This document shows, piece by piece, positions 57,945 through 64,000 of a stretch of DNA of 64,000 bases (position 1 is the first letter of the stretch; each line of letters starts with the position of its first letter). Under the pieces are notes generated by a model. That model was not told the origin of the DNA. It did no database searches and saw only the letters and a list, made by a program, of their open reading frames with translations. The DNA lies in the IMG/VR virus record IMGVR_UViG_3300025617_000007, positions 74,594 to 138,593 of that record. One strand, 5' to 3'. This DNA is from a virus. The position numbers and the translations under genes are program-made.

Positions 57945-59845
57945 TCCTCAAAAGGGTCAAATAATTGGTAATTTGTCAGTAATTGTTGAATTGTCTTTAG
58001 TTTGGCCCTTCCTTTTTTAAATCCATAATTATTACCTCTTCTTAATAATTCAAATGATATTTTATTATCTTCAGGGTGTACTTGTTTTAATTGTAAAAAG
58101 ACATCCCCATCGGTTGTTTCGACAGGTATGGGGACGTTGAACCCGTAATTGTTTTCTACGTAACTATATATCGTTTTAAACTCATCTATAGATTTATAAT
58201 CTACATTGTTCTCTAATTTTTCAATTAAATTATCAAGAGCAGTATCCATATCATCATCGAAATGATATTTAAAAGTTTCTTCATCCCTTTCCTCATATCC
58301 CATCTCTCTTGGGTCCCTAACAAAAGTAACTTTAGATTCTACATAACTCTTTAATAATTGGTCTAAGGTGTATCCTGAATAATAATCTAAATTATCCTCA
58401 TACATCTCAATTAGTCTATCTGTAGATATTTTATATTCAGTAAAACAAGTTGAATTTTCTTCTTTTACGAACCCTATGTCTGAATATATGTTACATAATT
58501 CTTCATTTAAGGCATTACTCACCCCTTTTGCCATTGATTCATCTTCCGCAGTGGAATATGCGTACTCGAATCTATCTATAAAGTCAGAGTCAAAATTTAA
58601 TAAGTATTTTCCTATTTTTTCTTCGCAATTTGTTATTTTTAATTTATAAAGGTCATAGAAATCTTTCTCATCATTACTTTTTTGAATATATTTTTTTAAA
58701 GATTCTTTATCCATTGCCGGTGCCGTTACACTAAAACAATTAATTAATTCAGAACCCATGATTTTAAACACTTGTCTAAGTTTTTTAAGATGAGATTGAT
58801 TAAACGCATACATTGGGTAACCTTCACTCATATCATCACCAAATTGATATGTGTCATAATAATTTCCTTCATACCCATAAGGTTGTTCTAACGCATATTC
58901 AACATTTTTTAATTCATATTCATCCACTTCTTCTGAAAATAAATTTAAATATTCTTCGACATCACTAAATGACAAATAAACATACTCACTATCCATACTT
59001 TCAAAATAAGGTGCCGAAAGTTTTTGAGATTTAGATGAACGAGTATCGTTTTTAACCTTTTTCAATTTTTGATAGTCGTCATCTCCCTGAATTAATTTTT
59101 TAAGTAAGTCTGATATAGGTTCAAAACGGCCCAACATAAAATCAATACCTCGATTATTATCCTGTTGGTCCCAAGCACTTGTGATACCATCATTATCAAT
59201 ATGTAACGCCATTTTTCCTAAGGTTGAGTGACCTGTGGCGGATTTATCTATGATATAGTAAAGTCTACCTTCTTTGGTGTATCTTTTAAAGTACGAATCA
59301 TCATTTTTACTTGTAGTACACCATTTTGTGTTTCGACCATAATAACATGATGCCCCGTGAGTGTATGGTTGAACAATTAAAAATCTATTGTCTTCATATA
59401 TCCTATCAGACTCGTTTTTGGCTCCCCTCTCTTTTTCTTTTTGAACATTTCTTAAATATACTGCGTTTAAAACCGCTTGAAGTCCCCAAATAGAATCGTA
59501 TTTATTAATATCTTTAGGTCCTGTCAGAATCTTATTACCATTTACCAATGATGAGGTAGTCTCGGCATATGTAATATCTTCAGGTGTAATGGATGATGAC
59601 AACTTATGGAACTTTTCAATAAGTTCAATGAAAAGATTTACATTGTCGGCAATTGAATATGTTAATCGGGACCCCAAACCAATCATTTGCTTAATCATCC
59701 ACTCAGAGTATTTCTTAGTGGGTGAAGGGTCACCATCAATAAGTTTTTCTAATAATTCAATTGCATCTGCAAACGTTTCACTATCTTTGTACTTATCAAT
59801 TAGAGTTTCTTTCTTACCCTCGAGTAAAATATTAAGGAATTTCAT
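57941..59845 (-). CDS. Hypothetical protein with ASCYYGxNTKWCT motif
   Basis: 634 aa; MKFLNILLEG leader; TATTTATA 14 nt upstream. Confidence 0.65.
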   Translation of the reverse strand: MKFLNILLEGKKETLIDKYKDSETFADAIELLEKLIDGDPSPTKKYSEWMIKQMIGLGSRLTYSIADNVNLFIELIEKFHKLSSSITPEDITYAETTSSLVNGNKILTGPKDINKYDSIWGLQAVLNAVYLRNVQKEKERGAKNESDRIYEDNRFLIVQPYTHGASCYYGRNTKWCTTSKNDDSYFKRYTKEGRLYYIIDKSATGHSTLGKMALHIDNDGITSAWDQQDNNRGIDFMLGRFEPISDLLKKLIQGDDDYQKLKKVKNDTRSSKSQKLSAPYFESMDSEYVYLSFSDVEEYLNLFSEEVDEYELKNVEYALEQPYGYEGNYYDTYQFGDDMSEGYPMYAFNQSHLKKLRQVFKIMGSELINCFSVTAPAMDKESLKKYIQKSNDEKDFYDLYKLKITNCEEKIGKYLLNFDSDFIDRFEYAYSTAEDESMAKGVSNALNEELCNIYSDIGFVKEENSTCFTEYKISTDRLIEMYEDNLDYYSGYTLDQLLKSYVESKVTFVRDPREMGYEERDEETFKYHFDDDMDTALDNLIEKLENNVDYKSIDEFKTIYSYVENNYGFNVPIPVETTDGDVFLQLKQVHPEDNKISFELLRRGNNYGFKKGRAKLKTIQQLLTNYQLFDPFED

Positions 59846-59875
59846 TTAAAAACTTTTATTATAAATACTTGATAG

Positions 59876-59907
59876 TTTGGATAATTCATGATTTATCCGT
59901 ATATTTG
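59876..59907 (+). promoter_or_regulatory. Bacteroidota-type promoter
   Basis: TTTG-N20-TATATTTG. Confidence 0.75.
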
Positions 59908-59928
59908 AATTATAAACAAATACACCAT

Positions 59929-60444
59929 ATGAAAAAAATAATCTTAATATTACTTTTATTGCCTTTATCGGTATTCTCACAATCAGATGAAATGATTGAC
60001 TCTGTTAATTACTACTTTGGTATTTTACTAAACAATGAAAGAGATAGTGTAAATCAACACAATTCAAGTGACAAATCTTTCAAAAAATTAAACATGTTAA
60101 AGGTTGAGACTGATAAACGTAAGTTTATTAACCCAACTAAACATATTAATTATTTAGTACGTACTATATCAAATCCGAAATCCAAAACATATCGTCCACA
60201 TTCAACAACAAATTTTGAGAATACTTTAATAGAGTTCTGGTGGTCCCCTGAGGAAGACCCAAAAACTACGGCTAAAATGTTTTTTGATACATGGAAAAAA
60301 TCACACGGCCATTATATATTAATGATAAATGGTGAGAAATGGTCAAATAGTCATTTTGATACTTTCAAAATACTTTATAAGTCAGAGATAAATGTCGGTA
60401 AGGGCCAATATCCATTCTTAGTTGCCACTTACACAGTGTTTTGA
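59929..60444 (+). CDS. Secreted CAP-domain-like protein
   Basis: Signal peptide MKKIILILLLLPLSVFSQ; LLNNER...FDTWKKSHGHYILM. Confidence 0.6.
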   Translation: MKKIILILLLLPLSVFSQSDEMIDSVNYYFGILLNNERDSVNQHNSSDKSFKKLNMLKVETDKRKFINPTKHINYLVRTISNPKSKTYRPHSTTNFENTLIEFWWSPEEDPKTTAKMFFDTWKKSHGHYILMINGEKWSNSHFDTFKILYKSEINVGKGQYPFLVATYTVF

Positions 60445-60462
60445 TTATATAGTGACTATAAT

Positions 60463-60492
60463 AAAAAAAAGGAGGTAGACCTCCTTTTTTTT
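60463..60492. terminator. Bidirectional terminator
   Basis: A8-GGAGGTAGACCTCC-T8 between convergent genes. Confidence 0.85.
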
Positions 60493-60513
60493 ATTTAATA
60501 TGCTGTATGATTA

Positions 60514-61773
60514 TTAAAATATTGGACACAATGTAGTACCTACATTTTTCGAACTACCACCTTTAAATCTAAACGTTGGTGGTATAAATTTAATTTTAGT
60601 CTTACCTCTCTTATAAGCCGAAACAGTAATTATAAACCCATCACCTCCACTAATTGTAGGTTGTGATGTAATGTCGTCCGATTCTTTGATTCTAGGTATA
60701 ACTGCAAATGTTATGATGACTTTAGCTTGTTGAGCATCTAAGTAATCTTTATGTTGTGAACCTTTATTCCTGTCCCAATCAGGTCCTGATGTTCCATCAC
60801 CATTCTCACCTTTAGCATTGATACTCTCAGTGAAGTCTTTTGCTATTACTATGTTTTTAGAGTTACTATCAAGGTATTTCTTAACCATATTCATCATAGA
60901 TTTAGCTCTATCTTCAGAAAGTCTTAAGAAACCTTCAGTATCGTTAGGGTCTTTAGGGTTAGTAGTGTACGGTGCAGGTAATTTACTTTGTGGGACTTTT
61001 GACGATGATGACACTATAGTAATATCCTTTATTAAGTATCTACCAGGAAATGTAACACTACTATCGGTGTTATTTTTTATCATAGATTTTCTATTCTCTT
61101 CTAATATTTTTGTAAATATTGAATCAAACTGAGCAATATACTCAGTTTTTAAGTTAGGTGAACCCGTTGCAAATTTATTACCTAAAGGTATGTCTGAATC
61201 TGAAAACACCATTTTAGGTACTTCCACTTGTCCACCTGGTTTCGCTTCTGACTTTTGAGTTTTAGTGTTATCTACTATAACCGAACGAGTATCACGTTTA
61301 GTACGTTCAAATGCATCCATTAGACTTTCTGATGATTTAACAACATAAGCGTAAAATGCTGGATTAATCTCTTTTGAACTATCCATAATCGATTTAGACT
61401 CCTCATCCATCATACTATATAGTTTATTAAACATTTTAAGTCTTTTCTTACCTAAATCAGTGGTAACTAACTTATACTCTTTAAGTCCTTCTGAATTTTT
61501 AGTACCACTTTCTGAAGAAATATATATTTGAGCCGTGTAAAGTGCCCACTGTAACTCTGTTGGCTCTGGCGATATCACAGCACTTTTATCGTCCCATTTT
61601 TGTTTTTTAACCGCAATTTTATCAACAAGTTTGTCGTAATTATCGTCTTCGGTACTTCTGGTTCTATCCATGTCATAACCACCTCGAGTTGTTTTTTTGA
61701 AACTCTGTTCCTTTATTACGTTTTTAACGATAATCTTTAAATCGTTTTCAGTTAACCTTATAACATTTTTCAT
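60514..61773 (-). CDS. RLTENDL-leader protein with OmpA-C-like domain
   Basis: MKNVIRLTENDLKIIVKNVIKEQ; KFATGS...ITIVSSSS...LSEDRAKSM...YL. Confidence 0.55.
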   Translation of the reverse strand: MKNVIRLTENDLKIIVKNVIKEQSFKKTTRGGYDMDRTRSTEDDNYDKLVDKIAVKKQKWDDKSAVISPEPTELQWALYTAQIYISSESGTKNSEGLKEYKLVTTDLGKKRLKMFNKLYSMMDEESKSIMDSSKEINPAFYAYVVKSSESLMDAFERTKRDTRSVIVDNTKTQKSEAKPGGQVEVPKMVFSDSDIPLGNKFATGSPNLKTEYIAQFDSIFTKILEENRKSMIKNNTDSSVTFPGRYLIKDITIVSSSSKVPQSKLPAPYTTNPKDPNDTEGFLRLSEDRAKSMMNMVKKYLDSNSKNIVIAKDFTESINAKGENGDGTSGPDWDRNKGSQHKDYLDAQQAKVIITFAVIPRIKESDDITSQPTISGGDGFIITVSAYKRGKTKIKFIPPTFRFKGGSSKNVGTTLCPIF

Positions 61774-61801
61774 ATTTTCTTATTTTTACTATTATAAATA
61801 G

Positions 61802-61832
61802 TTGTTTACTACAAAAAAAGTATTTATATTTG
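61802..61832 (+). promoter_or_regulatory. ssrA promoter region
   Basis: TTG-N20-TATATTTG, overlapped by TATTTATA at 61821-61828. Confidence 0.6.
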
Positions 61833-61956
61833 TATTCAGAAACAAAGGTTCTTTGAAATTATGGGGGTGAATGGAATTGATTGGCAGGGTCAGTTGCACG
61901 GGGCACGTAGTGAGATGTTATCTATCACTTTAATCTATGATGGCAATTTTGTAATC

Positions 61957-62022
61957 GGCGAAACTTTCGCAAAACTTCAGGCAGTAGGTCTCCTACGTAC
62001 TGAAGAAGTAGCTGTAGCGTAA
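61957..62022 (+). other. tmRNA tag reading frame GETFAKLQAVGLLRTEEVAVA*
   Basis: Resume context TGTAATC|GGC GAA ACT resembles the WATARNY consensus and Bacteroidota GE(T/N) tags; an alternative resume at GGC 61942 is in the same frame. Confidence 0.75.
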
Positions 62023-62231
62023 GACGTTAACAGTGAATCGGGTCGGTCAGGACATGTACCTATGAACAGAAGTCCGTTGTTGTGGTGGAAAAACGATTAA
62101 ACCCTAAATTGAGTCGTACATCTATTGGTGATGGAGGATGTAAAAATTCAATCACATATTTCGGAACATTGTGAACTAATGTTGACCTAAACGTGTAGTC
62201 CTTTGTAGGTGGACTGAACAAGACGCGGGTT

Positions 62232-62456
62232 TAACAGGGGACCCATTCAATAGTGATATTGAATTAAAAATCGGATGAATTGCTGGAACGCTAAGTCGGA
62301 AACGATACGCCAATCAGCAGCCAAGTCTAAGATACATCTTAGAAAGGTTCAGAGACTAGTGGAGAGATAGAGTTCTCTTAATAACCACATTAGCGTCCGA
62401 CATCTCAATGAGATGATGATATAGTCCATACAGTATAGAAATATATTGAGTATATG
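62232..62456 (+). ncRNA. ORF-less group I intron (IA-like, 225 nt) in the tmRNA T-loop
   Basis: P1 GGGTT/GACCC with U.G at the 5' splice site; P AATTGCTGGAA, Q AATCAGCAG, R TCAGAGACTA, S GATATAGTCC; P3 TCGGATG/CGTCCGA; P8 CATCTC/GAGATG; extra hairpin between P7 and P3'; terminal G. Confidence 0.93.
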
Positions 62457-62474
62457 CGAAACCCGCCACCTCCA

Positions 62475-62879
62475 CTACTGGGAGAAGAAGGATAAAACCA
62501 TCTTCTCCCTTTTTTCTTTCATGTCGTCAGTATACTTACCATTTCTTGGTGTCAGTTTAATGTACTGTTCGGTAACTATCGTTTTCCTATGTTTCTTTTT
62601 AGGATGATAACTATTGACATGTTTTATAACCGATAATGCGCTGTTATATTTGTAAGTTAAATCATAACTGTCTGAATGGGTTTCTTTTCTTGCCGGTTTC
62701 TTAACTATATGTCCTTTAACGTTAATTTCCAATAATATAAAATCTCTAATAGATTCTAATAATTCTTTTTCTACGTTAGTGAACCCAACGACTACTGTCT
62801 TATTTTTATTTTTATTCGGACTAACCATTGTGATATAACCATCAGCATCAAAAAATCCAGATATATAATTCCAATTCAT
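62475..62879 (-). mobile_element. Free-standing single-motif LAGLIDADG homing endonuclease gene
   Basis: YISGFFDADGYI; beta-strand VVVGFTN; 134 aa; its TAG stop occupies the tmRNA CCA position; TATTTATA at 62893-62900. Confidence 0.85.
62480..62515 (+). terminator. ssrA terminator embedded in the 3' end of the endonuclease gene
   Basis: GGGAGAAGA...TCTTCTCCC followed by T6. Confidence 0.75.
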
Positions 62880-62944
62880 AATAATATTTTATTATAAATA
62901 TGTGGAGGTGAAGTAAATTACTAACTTCTCTAAAAAATATTATT

Positions 62945-62975
62945 TTTGTGGTTTAAATAAAAAAAACTATATTTG
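62945..62975 (+). promoter_or_regulatory. Bacteroidota-type promoter (tandem copy 1)
   Basis: TTTG-N19-TATATTTG. Confidence 0.65.
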
Positions 62976-63058
62976 TAATGGTGCCTTTATAAATTCTATA
63001 TTTTTTCGTTTTATTTAAACATAAATAGAAATTACAGTTGATTATTCCAATAATAATG

Positions 63059-63089
63059 TTGTGGATTTATAAAATTTACCTTATATTTG
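63059..63089 (+). promoter_or_regulatory. Bacteroidota-type promoter (tandem copy 2)
   Basis: TTG-N20-TATATTTG. Confidence 0.65.
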
Positions 63090-63130
63090 TATTGTCAATA
63101 AGGACATAAACCACTAAAAAAAAATAAATC

Positions 63131-63880
63131 ATGACAGTAACGGGAATCAACATCGAGGAAAAAGTAAGAAACTACCAAGGACAGAGTAATTTTATCAACA
63201 ACCTAAAGACAGGTCTACAAAAGTACGGTCGTCTAACACCAAAACAATTTGAAGCTGCAAAAAAAGTAATTATGAACGATGAGCGTAAAAAAGACATTAA
63301 TATCGAAGAACTTCCAACTAACCTTAGAGCAATTGTTGAGTACACAGGAGAGTCTAATTTTGTTAACGACTTAAAAATGAAGTACAAAAAGTACCGTCAG
63401 CTTACTGAAAAACAAATATCTGCAGGTTACAAAGCTATTGACCGTGAAATTCAAAAAGACTCACAAAAAGACTTAAACCTTCGATTAGTAGGGAATACTA
63501 TCAAAATCGGACGTAAAGTCGCAATGGGTATCAAAGAGAATTACGACTTAGATTTCCACCCAATTTTGGTTGATGTTACTGAAGTGATGACCATCTCAAA
63601 TAAAGCTTTCAAATTGAAGGCGAAACTCACAAAAGAAAACGGTGGTATTTGTCGTTGTTGCGGTAGAACTCTTACAGACGAAATGTCTCAGGTTACAGGA
63701 ATCGGACCGGTATGTGCTAGATATGTTGGAGTTAAACACCCAAAAAATGTGAAAGAAGTTGAAAAATTCAAAGAAGACATGTCAAACAAAATTGACGAAA
63801 TCGGAGAATTTGAGTTTTGGATTCCAAAAAGAGCAATTGTACAGTGGAACGGAACGGCAGGTGTCATGATGAGATGGTAA
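63131..63880 (+). CDS. Protein with DUF6011-like zinc ribbon
   Basis: CRCCGRTLTDEMSQVTGIGPVCA; duplicated N-terminal F(I/V)N(N/D)LK...KY..LT.KQ helix module. Confidence 0.65.
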   Translation: MTVTGINIEEKVRNYQGQSNFINNLKTGLQKYGRLTPKQFEAAKKVIMNDERKKDINIEELPTNLRAIVEYTGESNFVNDLKMKYKKYRQLTEKQISAGYKAIDREIQKDSQKDLNLRLVGNTIKIGRKVAMGIKENYDLDFHPILVDVTEVMTISNKAFKLKAKLTKENGGICRCCGRTLTDEMSQVTGIGPVCARYVGVKHPKNVKEVEKFKEDMSNKIDEIGEFEFWIPKRAIVQWNGTAGVMMRW

Positions 63881-63885
63881 AAATG

Positions 63886-63911
63886 AATGGGGGTCAATGA
63901 CCCCCATTTTT
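63886..63911 (+). terminator. Rho-independent terminator
   Basis: AATGGGGGTC-AAT-GACCCCCATT followed by T residues. Confidence 0.75.
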
Positions 63912-64000
63912 AATTTACACATTAGTGGTGGTTATAATTGGTTAAAATTATATGAGCACCATTACAAATATAGTTTTTTTTTATTTAAATCACAAAAATA

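Larger units (their letters stand above)
61863..62474 (+). ncRNA. ssrA: tmRNA (transfer-messenger RNA), intron-interrupted
   Basis: Acceptor stem GGGGGTG/CACCTCC with G3.U70 and discriminator A; T-arm GCGGG-TT|CGAAA-CCCGC after splicing; internal tag ORF; CCA not encoded (CTA). Confidence 0.95.

Noticed and set aside
61863-62474. Reading the 3' GGTT...CCCGCCACCTCCA end as a tRNA gene
   Set aside because: There is no anticodon arm; the 5' end, tag ORF and G3.U70 stem define a tmRNA. No separate tRNA was seen in the window.
1-64000. Stop-codon recoding as in some large Bacteroidota phages
   Set aside because: Marker genes are full length in the standard code, and TAA, TAG and TGA all end genes.

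Overview
An AT-rich segment of a large T4-like (jumbo-type) tailed phage, read in the standard code at high coding density. The host is very probably Bacteroidota: several TTTG-N19/20-TAnnTTTG promoters, no evident Shine-Dalgarno sites, a Bacteroidia-type bS21, a tmRNA tag starting GET, and a DUF4494-like gene. Core content: gp13-like neck, family-B DNA polymerase, gp5-like spike, gp55-like sigma, and the head module (terminase gp17, portal gp20, protease gp21, scaffold, major capsid gp23) with rpsU inserted on the opposite strand. Accessory content: a 1515-aa mucin-like Thr/Pro/Ser protein, a 12-kb glycan-synthesis and modification block (GTs, gmd, fcl, sulfotransferase, pyruvyltransferase fusion, 2OG oxygenase), and an N-domain-less ClpC with a divergent tandem-UVR protein. 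The most striking locus is a phage tmRNA (61863-62474) whose T-loop is split by a 225-nt ORF-less group I intron (62232-62456). A free-standing single-motif LAGLIDADG endonuclease abuts it, and the intronless T-arm would be a near-perfect palindrome, suggesting collaborative homing at ssrA. All family calls are by motif recognition by eye; no database searches were run.
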